Positions 1 through 11,990 of a stretch of 64,000 nt of DNA are shown here, one piece after another; position 1 is the first letter of the stretch, and every line of letters starts with the position of its first letter. The position numbers and the translations under genes were made by a program. Under the pieces are notes generated by a model, which worked only from the letters and a program-made list of their open reading frames with translations, ran no database searches and was not told the DNA's origin. Origin of the DNA: Epithemia pelagica (lineage: Eukaryota > Protista > Bacillariophyta); NCBI GenBank assembly GCA_946965045.2, contig OX337238.1:1302001-1366000 (forward strand), given 5' to 3'.

Positions 1-428
1 TGGCCCAGTTGGTAGTCCAATTGGCCCGTCGCTCCCAACGCGCCAATCCGACTCATTTGTATACCAAAGTTACGCAATTCCCGCCAGTGTATAAATATCC
101 GATTCTGGTGGGAACGGAATTCGAACAAGTGTACCGGATTCCGCCGCCCATCTTGCCCAACTACACAGCAGAGGATGATAGGCAGTCATGAGACAAAGGG
201 GTGCGAACCTCAAACAGCACGGGCGTATCTCTCATCAGAAAGTAATGAAAGACTGTACATGACCAATTTGGGTCGTCTTTGACTTGACGGAAGCGTGGCG
301 CAGTGAAGGCAACGGGACGCCATTGTGGGTTGCTCTACACCAGAAACTTGCGTTTGTAGTTCCTAGGTAGGCAGTTTCAAATGTTGTTCTAATCTGACAC
401 CAAGCCATGTTACCTAATGTAGTAGTTT

Positions 429-1246
429 CTAGACCTGGAGTTTGTCGTCGATGGACTTGACCACAGTCTTGGAAACATCCTTGGGTGCCTTGTTTCCGTC
501 CACTGTAACCATGATATCTTTGTAGCTATCTTTGACAGCTTCCACATTGGCATGGAACTGTTCGAGACGAACCTTGACTTTTTCTTCGGTATCGTCCGAG
601 CGTTGGACCAAACGGTTCTTTACGGTTTCGTCCGAGGGTGGGGAAAAGGTCATGTGATAAATCTTGCCCGTTTCGGGATCCGTACGACGACCCACGACAC
701 GTTCCACCAAAACCTCGTCGGGAACATTGAGGAAAATAAAGCAGTCGGCAGTAATGCCTGCTTCCGCAAGGGCTTGGGCCTGAGCTTGTGTACGGGGAAA
801 GCCATCCAACAACCAACCCTGCTTCTGACAATCGTCCTCGGCCAAGCGATCTTTCACCTAAAACAACAAGCAGGTCAGATCATAGTATCGTGCCATACAA
901 CATTGTAGTATCATGACCGTCCAAAGACTATACTTAAGACACCAATAATGACACTGTCAGGGACCAATTTGCCATTGTCCACGTAGTCCTTGGCTTGTTT
1001 GCCCACATCGGTCCCGGCTGCCACGGCTGCCCGCAACATATCACCGGTACTCAAGTGAACGACACCATACTTTTCCTTGATCACTTCGCATTGCGTTCCT
1101 TTTCCACTAGCCGGTGCACCAGAAATAATCAACTTGACGGCACGATGCTCACTGGCCGTCTTTACCGTCTCGTCGCCAGCATCCTGCACCTTTTCCTCCT
1201 CCACATAGTCCTCGGCTCGGAAGCAAAAGTTACCCATGAGTATCAA
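429..1246 (-). CDS. ADK: Adenylate kinase, at least 2 exons (about 1246-941 and 858-429); 5' end unresolved
   Basis: P-loop [34 protein letters not shown] and LID-region [13 protein letters not shown] split over ORFs 911..1246 and 429..857; acceptor ttgttttag precedes VKDRL. Confidence 0.93.
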
Positions 1247-1890
1247 GTCTTTTTCTCTGTCTACAACCAGTTCTCTCTATTAGAGGATGGAGATGGAACA
1301 AAGTTGTGTGTCGCAAAAAGCGATGGAATCTGCGAATCTGGTGAACACGTCAGTCGTACTGTTCTGGTAGTGAGGGTCGCCCGGCGATTCATTATTTAGA
1401 AAATGCTCGCGTCGGCGGACACTTCTACATGTGTACTTTCTTTGTTCCTCACATAACCTGGCCTACCATTCAATGGTGCGCGTAGATACAACATTCATTG
1501 GAAATTGGAAAGCAACCAGGCGAATGAAACAGGGCTCCATCATAGATGCTAAAGGCGCTGCCCCTCTATGATAAAGAGAAGGGGTCAAGAATCAATCGTT
1601 ACACAACAAAGAAAGACGATGGAATGGTACACGCAGCCAATCGGCGGAGCTCACCGCATGCACTCGTCCAACGGTTTCAGAGACATTGTTCCAGGCACCT
1701 CTATGGTCGGAATTCATAGCTACTCGAGATCAAGGGTAGGCTCTTCCATGGGGCTCTCAAGATGCGTTTCGAGCGTTCGCAGCAAGTCCTCAGCCATTTT
1801 GAAACGAAACAGCATTGCGGCAAGGGTTTCCAAAAGGAACATACGAATGATCCTATCCATTACTCTACGCCTTTCAGGAGCCTCCATTCA

Positions 1891-3222
1891 ATGACTGATA
1901 ACACAGACAAGTCTCCTATGCAAACCCAGGCTCGCTTGTCGGGGTTTGAATTGTTAGAGGATCCTTTGGAATGGAACACCTCGGAATGGTCCGAATCGTT
2001 GGTAGGACGGTGCGTTGGACATGCCTCCGTCGTCCTTTCAGCCGACGACCCATTGCCGACCATGGCCATTATCGGAGGCTATTGCCGAATTGCTCCTCAC
2101 CAGGATCGCAACTTGCCAACGTCCGTCTTTTTGCTCAATTTTGCTACAAAGCAATGCCTTCGAGGTCCCAGTCTTGGCGTGAAACGGGCATCCCTTGTGG
2201 CCGTTGTTTGTAATGGTAGAGTGTATGCGATTGGAGGAAATACACTCGTGCCAACTGTGGAATGTGTCTCCGTTTCGTCACTTTTGAATATGGAACAAAC
2301 GTCTCCAAGTGTCCCGCAATGGGAGATTTGCAAGTTTCGGTTGTCCTGTCCCAAGGTGGGCTGCGCCGCGGAAGTGGTACACGACCGATATATTGTAGTC
2401 TTGGGAGGTTCTCCATTTCCCTCTGTCCCTGCCACTTCCACGGTGGATATTCTCGATGCGGGTTGTGACAATGAAAACTACGGCACAGTGACAGTCGGAC
2501 CACGCCTCCAGGTGCCACGTTCCTGCTTTGCGGCAACCGTGATTGGCAATGAAATTTATGTGGTGGGAGGAATGAATCTCGACAACGCTGCCATTGCGAC
2601 GGTGGAATCTCTGTCCTTCCCTCCCGAGGACAAGAGGGCTGATGGTGAACAATTTTGGTCGCGTGCGTCATGGCAAGTGCAAAGTGACTTGGAGTTGCCT
2701 TCCTCCCGGGCCTATCATGCCGTTTGTTCGGTTGGTTCCTGTCTTGTGGTAGCCGGAGGCCTCAATTCTCAGTACCGTCGATTGAATACGGTGCAAGCGA
2801 TTGACACAAAACGTCGCGTGGTATGGAAACTGCCCAATCTGACGACCGAACGAATTGACTTTTCCCTGGTTTCCTTGTCCAATTCGCGGTTGCTGGTCGT
2901 GGGTGGATGGAACACGGAACATTTGATTGAAAGTTTGCAGTTTGTCGAATTGTCTCTGGATGAACTCAAGCGACAAATGGACGAGTCCTCACCAGAATTC
3001 TACCAACCAAACTCGAGTACCGAGGAATGCTCTCGCACCACCCATATGACACCTGGGGAACTGGTCTCGAATGCGAGCAAGAAGCTAGATCGATTCTGGC
3101 ACACGTTGGTGTATTATTACTTGAACCAAAAACAAGGTTTGGTAAATTTGATTGGTTGTCCAGGGGAAGGCGCATCCCAACTCCAAGCACGTTTCATCCA
3201 GAAGGAAACCATTGAATGCTGA
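1891..3222 (+). CDS. Kelch-repeat protein
   Basis: Repeated kelch signatures IIGG, VYAIGG, IVVLGG, IYVVGG, LVVAGG, LLVVGG with downstream W/Y; ATG at 1891 inside ORF 1762..3222. Confidence 0.85.
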   Translation: MTDNTDKSPMQTQARLSGFELLEDPLEWNTSEWSESLVGRCVGHASVVLSADDPLPTMAIIGGYCRIAPHQDRNLPTSVFLLNFATKQCLRGPSLGVKRASLVAVVCNGRVYAIGGNTLVPTVECVSVSSLLNMEQTSPSVPQWEICKFRLSCPKVGCAAEVVHDRYIVVLGGSPFPSVPATSTVDILDAGCDNENYGTVTVGPRLQVPRSCFAATVIGNEIYVVGGMNLDNAAIATVESLSFPPEDKRADGEQFWSRASWQVQSDLELPSSRAYHAVCSVGSCLVVAGGLNSQYRRLNTVQAIDTKRRVVWKLPNLTTERIDFSLVSLSNSRLLVVGGWNTEHLIESLQFVELSLDELKRQMDESSPEFYQPNSSTEECSRTTHMTPGELVSNASKKLDRFWHTLVYYYLNQKQGLVNLIGCPGEGASQLQARFIQKETIEC

Positions 3223-5007
3223 GTGACAAGAAAAGGCGTGCCTTCGTCGCACGTGTCCTCCAGCGGTTGTGACGAACATGCGACAAGTCAATCTCTCCTC
3301 GAGGGGTTGTTATGCTGACCGAGATCTATAGATTAACAAAAAAGAGGATAAGATGCACTCAAACGAAATTTGTCACTAGCCGAGAGTGGAGTAGGAGTAG
3401 TCGAAATAGGGCGAATCAGGTACTATGGAGTCATGGCCAGTTCATCTTGCGAGCGATGGCAACCTCTGTACTAGATTTGCTCTCGGCTTGCACTCCTCCG
3501 AATAGGCATTTTGAAAATGGTGCATCGGGTCCGTAGGGGAGAGTCTCAAATGTTGAGGAATGACAACGGTCTTATTTGTTTTGGCGCGTTTCTCGTCCTC
3601 GTCCTGACGATTGTCCTTTGAACCTGCTTTGGCACGGGCCCGAAAGTTCGCAAACCCGCTCTTTTTCTTTCCAGATGCTCAATCGACTGTCACGCAACAA
3701 TCCAGCACTTGGCGGATTGTTTGCCTCGTCTGGTGTTGTTGCTTTGTGCAAAATTCGGCTCTCGACCACCATCGCTTCGAATCAAAAGAGCTCGTCGGAT
3801 TCCTCGCGCTCACTATTCCACGTATCCGCTTCGTCGACATCGTCAGAGTCTCCATGCGGACCACTCCATTGATCATCCCATTGGCTCTTGTTGTTGATGT
3901 TGTTGGTAGAAACGGAAAACCTTTGGTCGCATGTGCCCCCAGTGTAACTTGTCGGGAGTTTCGCAGAAATCGCAGTTATGTTGACAAACGGTTCTCGCAT
4001 AGGTGTTCGGTACTCCAAAGAACTGCAACAATTACTTTCGACAATATCCAGGCTTCGTTCAATATTGCACCATCCGCGTTCTAGTGCTTCCCAGTCCCGT
4101 TCGGGGCCCTTCTTTTGGTGACTGGCACGGTACTGAAATCGCGACGGTTCTTCCTTGGAAAAGTAAATTAAACTCATCGAGGGAAGACCATCTCGCCCCG
4201 TTCTCATGTTCCCCACAACCTGCAAGTCACTCACTTACCTTGGACAAGGTCCAATGGACGACATAGCGAACGTGAGCAAGGTCGTTACCGACCGACAAGA
4301 GATACCCTCCTCCGGTCGAACAAAAAAGAAGAACTCAAAGCTGGCCTAGTGTCGATTAAGAATGGATCAGATAAAGATACTACAAAGAACAAAGAATTCA
4401 ATGTAGGTCACGACTTTGGTGCGTACCATTGTACCATATTCGCTAGAAGTGCCTCTGTTTCATCGTTTGCTCGTTGATTGTCGTGTAATGAACTGCAAAA
4501 CAGAGGTTTTGAAGCAGCAAATGATCAAAAGCTGCGCTTCCCCCACACATCCACCACTCATATCGCTTATAATACTACTCAAGAAGACTAGAAAAGAAGT
4601 AGCAGGGTGTGAGAAAGTGAAATAGGCAACGAACAACGTAAACTCAGCAGTACAGCCAAAATGGTCAAGAATCACACAGCATCTCAGAAGGACATTTCGA
4701 TCTCTTCCCGTCGTCTGTTTTTTCGTGTGAAACTTACACATTGTGTCGTTTGCATACGTTTTGAGACACTCACTAAGCAACGGCATCTGGAAATATCTTG
4801 ATCTGATAAACGGCGGTATCCAAAGCGGAGCGTCATGGCGAGGTGCTGATTTATGATTTCTAGCTTTAACCCTATTGTGAAATAAAACGTGATTCTGATC
4901 GCACAAAATTTTCATGCACACCACAAGCTTGTTGGGAATTCGGTCATAAGGTCACAATGGGATGATGTTTTGAGTTTTGACAAAGTCAGAAGTCCAGAGT
5001 GACCGGA

Positions 5008-6315
5008 ATGATCGGATGGAGACGATTGTTGACAGCCCTTATCGCACTTGCTTTGGGACTGAACTTGACGGCATTGCTTGTCCTGAATACGATTGCGTTG
5101 TGGTCGCTTGATTCTGTCAACAATGACTTTCCCTATGACACGGAAACGGTGGACAGAACGACCAACAGCAATACTGACAGAAAGGGCCATGTTTCCGACA
5201 TGCACTCTCCTACTCGTGAGACCAAAATAAAGAATGGTTCGCTGACACATTTGTCTTCAGTGGCAAGGAAAAACACATCTTCTCGGATAGCTACTCAACC
5301 AACCACCACTCCAACCACCACTGCAGGTATTCCGAAGATCATTTGGATGTTCTGGGATCAAGGCATGGAACACCTCGAACGACTTGGTCAAAGTCCAGAA
5401 CCCAACAAGTACCAAGCCGACTATGGCTGTGTCCAGGCATGGAAACTTTTGCATCCTACATGGGAGATCCGGGTTCTCAACAGGACCGAGGCCCAACGAA
5501 TCGCACCCAAATTTGCCCATTTGTCACTTCTTCAAAACCACCAAAATACCGACGCACGTATCTGTCCCACCAAACTATCTGATTTGCTTCGTTTGGAATT
5601 GCTGTACACCTTTGGTGGCGTCTATGCAGATACATCAGTTTGCCCCATGCGTCCTCTGGACGATTACATGGACCGAATAGTGGGACCAGGCGGCTTTTTT
5701 GCACCCTTGCTATTTGATTCCGACAAGGCAGGTGCTTTCTCGCAACAACAATTGAAACGATTTGACGACTGTGATCGACCTTTGCCTCCCAATGCGGGCT
5801 ATGCTGTACGAAAGCGACGAGATCTCGCGTCGGCCCAATCGCGTTCCCTTTCGTCCTTTTTTCTAGTGGCGCAACCTTATGACGTGTTGATCCAACGGTG
5901 GATGGAGGCCTACTATCAACACATGCTCCATGCTGCGACAACCCTGAACTTGGACGATGTGTGTTCCCGTGTTCCGTATTACATTTCTCATTGTATCTTG
6001 ACCAAGCAATTGGCACACGACAAGGACCTGAACCAGGTCTGGACGCAATTTCGGGATCGTGTAATCCAAGAGCAGGGCTATTGGCAACACGGTGACAAAG
6101 AAGGTTTATGCATTGCCGTTGCCGGAGGTTCCACTGTTGGAATCCAAGCCGACACCAACACCAAAATGACAACCAATACGAGCTTTACGATGGAAAAGTG
6201 TTTTTTCGCAAAGAAACAACAAGGACCGCTCGCCAACTTTGTCAAGTCACCCAAATACTTAGAGGCCCTTGCACAACGACAACACCTTGGTGGAGAGACA
6301 GGAACGGGCATCTGA
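5008..6315 (+). CDS. Type II membrane DXD glycosyltransferase (GT32 / capsular polysaccharide synthesis-like)
   Basis: N-terminal TM, Thr-rich stem, IPKIIWMFWDQG and SDLLRLELLYTFGGVYADT motifs. Confidence 0.85.
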   Translation: MIGWRRLLTALIALALGLNLTALLVLNTIALWSLDSVNNDFPYDTETVDRTTNSNTDRKGHVSDMHSPTRETKIKNGSLTHLSSVARKNTSSRIATQPTTTPTTTAGIPKIIWMFWDQGMEHLERLGQSPEPNKYQADYGCVQAWKLLHPTWEIRVLNRTEAQRIAPKFAHLSLLQNHQNTDARICPTKLSDLLRLELLYTFGGVYADTSVCPMRPLDDYMDRIVGPGGFFAPLLFDSDKAGAFSQQQLKRFDDCDRPLPPNAGYAVRKRRDLASAQSRSLSSFFLVAQPYDVLIQRWMEAYYQHMLHAATTLNLDDVCSRVPYYISHCILTKQLAHDKDLNQVWTQFRDRVIQEQGYWQHGDKEGLCIAVAGGSTVGIQADTNTKMTTNTSFTMEKCFFAKKQQGPLANFVKSPKYLEALAQRQHLGGETGTGI

Positions 6316-6734
6316 TTAGACCATCACATGCGACAATTGCATTATCGGTGCTATTCCAGAAATGTCCAGATGGATCCAAGGCCTTTTTCAAACTATCACC
6401 AACGAATGTGAACACTGTGCTGCTATGTGCCCAGCACGCGATAGGACTTTCGTCCACAATTTGTTGAGAAGAGTCTTGAGTGTTGAAAGTCACGAACCAT
6501 TCTTTAGTTTTCTGACAAGGGTTTTCTGTGGCAGGAGCACCGAACACGTCCTTGAGAGGACCACCACGTGCAGGTTCATTCGATGCCTTTTAACTCTGAA
6601 GAGAGCAGGTTCACGAACACCTTACCAACGTGTTAGTCTGCTCTATTTAACACTTCCTAAGAGTATATGGATAATCCAAGTATCCGGACGAGAACTGTTT
6701 ATTTTGTTCACTGTCTCAATTTTCTCGTATCTCA

Positions 6735-8181
6735 GGCCGTTCCTTGATATTCTGCAAAAACAAAAATCGACACATGACATCACCTTTTTGTAGACAATTG
6801 CGCGACACGCCGTCCTTTGGCATTTTTACAAAACCAAAACCTATAACCGCACTTTTTCCCCCAAGGCCCCCAATAGTCCCCATATTCACTTTGATGATTT
6901 GAATACTACAATTATCAAAGTAAGACATTAGGAGGACGTTCCGTCTTCCTCTTCATTGAGGTTAGGGGGACCGTTGGAGTCGAACGCGCGCCGTTCAAAT
7001 CCTAAACCGTCATTTTTGTTTCTGTAGGGCACTCGCAAACCCTGCTCAGCACCCACCATGTCGCCATCCAACCTCAGGATCCCTTTCTCTCGCGCAAACA
7101 CAAAGACAAACAGCAGAATCAAATCATAAACTTATCTCATTAGATTCTCGCAACCGTAAACTCTAGTTTAGGTTGTGTTGTGGGGGGAAGGGTAATCCTT
7201 CACCACTCAGGGTCCGATCTGGCATAATGCTCAGACAGGGGAACCGGCCCAAAAGAACAAAAAGAAAGACCCAAATCAAGACTCCTGTTGGATCCGCTTG
7301 TGGCCCACCAACGCGATCAGGTTGCACCATGCAATCGCAAAGGCGGAAACGGACAGGGGACGCAATCGGCTCAAACTCTCTCTCTAATGGACAAGAAGCG
7401 AAGAGGCCTTGCCATGTCAGCCTCAACGCAACTTGCCAGTTCCAGAAACCAGGGTGGGAAGGGAGGGAAAAAAGAAGAAATGGGTACTATCCGTACCCAC
7501 GAAAGTTGGAGTTTCAACTCTTTAGAAATCAAGAACGGCGCCAAAGGGGATCAGACCTTCGCCGACGAACCGTAGAAAACCCAAAGAGTGAGCTCTCCGT
7601 GTCCCTCTTGTTTTGTTTGCTGCGTCTTTGCTTGTTTGTCATGGATCGCATGTCGCGCTCCATTAGGGATCCATTGTTGGCGCATTGTTGTTTGATTCAA
7701 GAGTGCCCATGCCTCTTGAATCGGACGATCCTCTATTTGGAGGCAGTCCACTTTGAGATATGGAATGGAAGAGGCTTTGTCGCAGTGGATGGGATGCACA
7801 TGTTCTTTTTGGAATTTCCTCTTCCGAGTTGCACGCCCGTTCTGCCTCATTCTTTGTGTGACAGCGAGGCCGGCTCTTCTTTTGGGTGGACCGCCCGACT
7901 TGCACTCCAACGCCAATGCTCAGACTTCATGACGTGGCCTGACCATGTTCCTTGGTCCCATCTTAACTTGGGTGTACATTGAGGGCCCAATGTACACTAG
8001 CAGGAAGAAAGCACTATCCCTAATGTCTGTTCAGCTTTTGCCGGCCTGCAAAAGTTGGACCCAACTTTTGCAGCCTCAAAAGCTGAAACAGCGTCGAACC
8101 CGGATTTGACGCCATATTTCCGGGTTTTGTGTGACGTGTCACCCTCCAACTTTTGTTTTTGCAGAAGATCAAGGAACGGCC
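6735..8181. mobile_element. Non-autonomous TIR DNA transposon, PIF/Harbinger-like (1447 bp)
   Basis: 31-bp TIRs GGCCGTTCCTTGAT(A/C)TTCTGCAAAAACAAAA at 6735-6765 and 8151-8181 (1 mismatch); 3-bp TSD TCA at 6732-6734 and 8182-8184; no transposase motif seen inside. Confidence 0.85.
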
Positions 8182-8501
8182 TCATATCCCTACCGGTAGT
8201 TGCGTAGTTGCCTGTTGGGTGTGATGATGCGGACCGACGTCGGCCATCTAACTAGCCGGCGCGCAGTGGCTCAGCGACTGAGAATTCGGAAGCAACTTCA
8301 ATCCGTTGCGGAATGAATTTTTGTACTCCTGGTGGGATCTATTTTGTATGTTGCCTTCTATCTTGAGGTGATTGTTCTCTTTTCTGCAGGTGCATCCACA
8401 ACCGAGGAGAAAGGAAAGCGGTGGCATTCAGACCTGGAGACGTGTCACCATCCATATCTCCATACCTTTGTCAAACGTCGTCTGAGACTTTCCGAAGGAT
8501 A

Positions 8502-9689
8502 ATGATGAGACAACGCAAGACGTTGTCATCTCCAGAAACGGTGGAACATATGGAAGAGCGAGAAAAAACTCGCGCAAACTCATTGCGAGCAGCTCTTGCA
8601 CGAGTGTTGGTGCCTCTTTGTCTGGTGGGTTTGCTGGTGACCGTATGGGACGTTTCACGATCGATAATGGCTGAAGATCAAGGTCGAGCTCTGACCGACA
8701 CAATCGTAAAACCAGAGGAGACGCCACCCGCAGCCATATCCGATAGCGTGCACGAAACAATGGATACCATGACTCGAATGGGAACACCTGTTCTCTCTAC
8801 TTCATCTCATGGTGAGAAACATGACAAAAAGCAGAATATGGTAGACGGCATAGAAACTCCACACCATTTCAGTAAAATGGATCTAAAAGAAGAAAAAGAA
8901 CATGCAGACAGCTACCGAACAGAACACGCTTCATCCAACATAGATAGCCCCATGTTTTTAAGATCACGGTACATTCAGTCTCACAAGCAATCTCAACATG
9001 ACACGAATGAACATCCTATCGCAGGAGAAGCACCACCATCCACCAACTCTGACTTGCCAGCAGAAATTTCCACGGCCACTTATCCCGATTTTTGGTACAA
9101 GCATTTTAAATGTGAGCCATTGTACCGTAAACGACGCGCCATTCCTGACCAATGGGTCTGGATGATGCTTCGAGGAATCTACCACGGCATGATGCAACCG
9201 ACCCATGCCTCTGCCGTTCGTCCCTTGGTGAATGAATCGAGTTTGCAGATTCCCTTTGATGTGGACTATTCGAAAGGTCGTGGAAGAGGCATTTTCGCTC
9301 GCGAGGACATTCCCAAGGGTACCCTGATTTTTACCGCCAAGACGGGTGGTCATGTCCACTTTACCAGCGGCAACGACTTTCGACGATACCTCTATGCCGT
9401 CCCCCGCCAATGGGCCTGTGAAGTCTTGCAATGTTCGGCCGTGGAATATCAAGGGACGAAGGAAAATCCCGAATCAAATCCGGTTATAACGGTGGATTTG
9501 GATTACAGTTGTTTTGTGAATGATGCCAATCACCTGGACGAGGTCAATGTGGGCTGCATAGTGTCGCCCTCCGAAGACTGTATCGACAATGACTACGCTA
9601 GTCGTGATATTAAAGCTGGAGAAGAAATCATTACCAATTACGGTGAATATGCCCTTGGTGAAGAAGGCTGGAACTGGTTTACCTTGTAA
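8502..9689 (+). CDS. SET-domain protein with N-terminal transmembrane anchor
   Basis: RGRGIFAREDIPKGT, FVNDAN, YASRDIKAGEEIITNYG; hydrophobic LARVLVPLCLVGLLVTVW near N-terminus; start could lie upstream. Confidence 0.85.
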   Translation: MMRQRKTLSSPETVEHMEEREKTRANSLRAALARVLVPLCLVGLLVTVWDVSRSIMAEDQGRALTDTIVKPEETPPAAISDSVHETMDTMTRMGTPVLSTSSHGEKHDKKQNMVDGIETPHHFSKMDLKEEKEHADSYRTEHASSNIDSPMFLRSRYIQSHKQSQHDTNEHPIAGEAPPSTNSDLPAEISTATYPDFWYKHFKCEPLYRKRRAIPDQWVWMMLRGIYHGMMQPTHASAVRPLVNESSLQIPFDVDYSKGRGRGIFAREDIPKGTLIFTAKTGGHVHFTSGNDFRRYLYAVPRQWACEVLQCSAVEYQGTKENPESNPVITVDLDYSCFVNDANHLDEVNVGCIVSPSEDCIDNDYASRDIKAGEEIITNYGEYALGEEGWNWFTL

Positions 9690-9724
9690 AGAATGCTCAT
9701 ACATAAACCTCTTTGTCGATAGGT

Positions 9725-9742
9725 CATACTCCTAGGAGTATG
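9725..9742. repeat. Perfect 18-bp palindrome CATACTCCTAGGAGTATG
   Basis: Self-reverse-complementary; 36 bp after the SET gene stop. Confidence 0.9.
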
Positions 9743-10241
9743 CCTTTTTCGCTAGTGGACAACATGGACTACCTCCTCTACCTCATATCACTGACGGAGT
9801 CTGTCCTTCGTCCAGTCTAACCCTTCTTTGGCATGGCAGTTGGATCCGATCTGGGAACTTCTCTCTTCGAATTCCACGCAGAGAAACACTTCCACAAGAT
9901 TCCCTCCGCTGTGGCAACACAAGATCCAGGATCTATTGAATGTTGCCAGTTGTTGCTCGACCACTGCCACTGCATCCATTTCAGGCAACCGCTCTGGGAA
10001 ACGAGCACTCGTTCCAGAAGAACAACGACAGTAGTATGAGAAATCCACAGAATCCAGAGATGGAACGATTCCACAAGCCGCCCATGGTAGGTAGGTCTGG
10101 TGGTGACACGTCATGGTCGACCGTAGAGTTTGTCTCTAAGGATTCTCATTTGCCGCGTTCATTTTGTCGTGTTTTGTGTTCCATATACAGGAAGGGGGAG
10201 GAAGCTCTGTATTGGGCAACGTTACGATTCCATCCAACCTA

Positions 10242-11990
10242 ATGAATCTCGAGCTCGGACAACAGCAACAACACCTCCACTATAGTCCTAATCGTAATGG
10301 TATGACTCATTCAGTTCCCCTGGGAGGTTCCGACGACATTATCATTGAAGAAGAAACGGGTCCCGTCACTTGGGAAGAGATTTGTCGTGCCTGTTGTCAT
10401 CATAGTTTCGGAGAATGGATGTGGATTGGAGCAGCCATATTTGGGATTCTTCACTTTTTTTACTTTTTTCTCTTGGGTTTGTATCTCATGCAAAGCAGTG
10501 CTCGTGTCATGTCCGGCTGTAGTGTCGGGCACTTGTTTGGAGAAGATACCAATCCGATTACAGGTCTCATGACGGGGATGCTTTCTACCGTCTTGTTGCA
10601 GTCGGCCTCGGCGACTTGTTCGATAATTGTAAGTTTGGCGGGCGAAGAAATTTCCTTGCAACAAGGTATTTTCATGGTTATGGGAGCCAACATTGGATCG
10701 ACCGTCACCAACACGTTGGTAGCTTTGGGACATTATGGTGATGATTTGCAATATGAACGAGCCTTTGCGGGAGCCACGCTACATGACATGTTCAATCTCA
10801 TGTCCGTGGCCGTCCTTTTCCCCCTCGAAGTCATGACTGGCTATTTAAATGCCTTGTCGGGAGCCATTGTCGAGAATTCCGATGTAAAGGATGGAAAGAA
10901 ATGGAGAAGTCCCATTAAAAAGATTGTGTCGCCCGTGGGAAAGCGAATCATTATTTCTAATAGAAGAGTACCCAAATACGTTGCGGGTGGTCATAAGGAT
11001 TGTCAAGACTTTTATCCCAATCAGTGCAAAGACGGTACACCCACTTACAAGTCATGTGGTGGGCACTTTGGACTGATTGCCTGCAGCAAACGAGATGACT
11101 TTTGTCCCCTCTTTTTTTCCAAAGACGCCACCTTGAAGGACGATCGAGTATCGGGGGGTGTCGTGTTTTTGTTATCCCTCCTCCTTCTCTTTGCCTCCTT
11201 GATTGGCATTGTGACCATTCTCCAAAAACTCTTTGTCGGCATGTCTTCCCGAGTCGTGTATGCGGTAACCAAAGCCAATGGATATTTTGCCATGATTTTG
11301 GGAGCTGGATTAACCATGCTTGTCCAATCATCGTCCATCACAACGTCGATTTTGACGCCTCTGGTGGCCATGGGCCTCATTCGGTTGGACCAAATGTACC
11401 CCTTGACCTTGGGTGCCAACCTTGGTACAGCCTTTACGACCATTATGGCGGCCATGGTTTCGGATTTGTGGGATGCCTTACATGTGGCCCTGGCTCACTT
11501 GTTTTTCAATGTGACGGGCATTGTCATTTTTTACCCCCTCCCCATGTTGCGGCGTCTGCCCCTCGTGGCGGCGCAACGATTGGGTCGCGCCACACGGTTG
11601 TGGCCGCTCTTTCCGCTCCTCTATGTCTTGGGAATCTTTATCCTGTTCCCCATGGTGGCCCTGTTCATTTCGTATTGCATGGAGCAAACGGCCAAGGGTT
11701 GGAAGGTGATGGGATCCTTTTTGATTCTCGGTGTCGTTTCGGTCCTCATTTATGGAACCTATTGGCGCCTCTTTTTGGGTGGTCGTCGACTCCAGGATGT
11801 GCCGTTGGATCCCTTTTTCAACCCGCCCCAGCCGAATCACAACCATGGTGGTGACAATGGTCATCATCATCATCATCATCCAGTGGCCACGACAGAAGAA
11901 CAAGTAGACTCTATGGAATACCCCCCGCCGAATGGTGCAACACTGGGGACAAGGATGCATCATCCTCATAACAATGGGGTTCATGGGTGA
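10242..11990 (+). CDS. SLC34: Na+/phosphate cotransporter, SLC34/NptA family (paralog 1, more divergent)
   Basis: QSAS and QSSS repeat motifs, MGANIGSTVTN, LTLGANLGT, VALAHLFFN; colinear with 34167..36024. Confidence 0.93.
   Translation: MNLELGQQQQHLHYSPNRNGMTHSVPLGGSDDIIIEEETGPVTWEEICRACCHHSFGEWMWIGAAIFGILHFFYFFLLGLYLMQSSARVMSGCSVGHLFGEDTNPITGLMTGMLSTVLLQSASATCSIIVSLAGEEISLQQGIFMVMGANIGSTVTNTLVALGHYGDDLQYERAFAGATLHDMFNLMSVAVLFPLEVMTGYLNALSGAIVENSDVKDGKKWRSPIKKIVSPVGKRIIISNRRVPKYVAGGHKDCQDFYPNQCKDGTPTYKSCGGHFGLIACSKRDDFCPLFFSKDATLKDDRVSGGVVFLLSLLLLFASLIGIVTILQKLFVGMSSRVVYAVTKANGYFAMILGAGLTMLVQSSSITTSILTPLVAMGLIRLDQMYPLTLGANLGTAFTTIMAAMVSDLWDALHVALAHLFFNVTGIVIFYPLPMLRRLPLVAAQRLGRATRLWPLFPLLYVLGIFILFPMVALFISYCMEQTAKGWKVMGSFLILGVVSVLIYGTYWRLFLGGRRLQDVPLDPFFNPPQPNHNHGGDNGHHHHHHPVATTEEQVDSMEYPPPNGATLGTRMHHPHNNGVHG

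Noticed and set aside
3572-4234. Two in-frame minus-strand ORFs separated by one TGA (3782-3784)
   Set aside because: Could be a pseudogene, but no recognisable domain supports a call.
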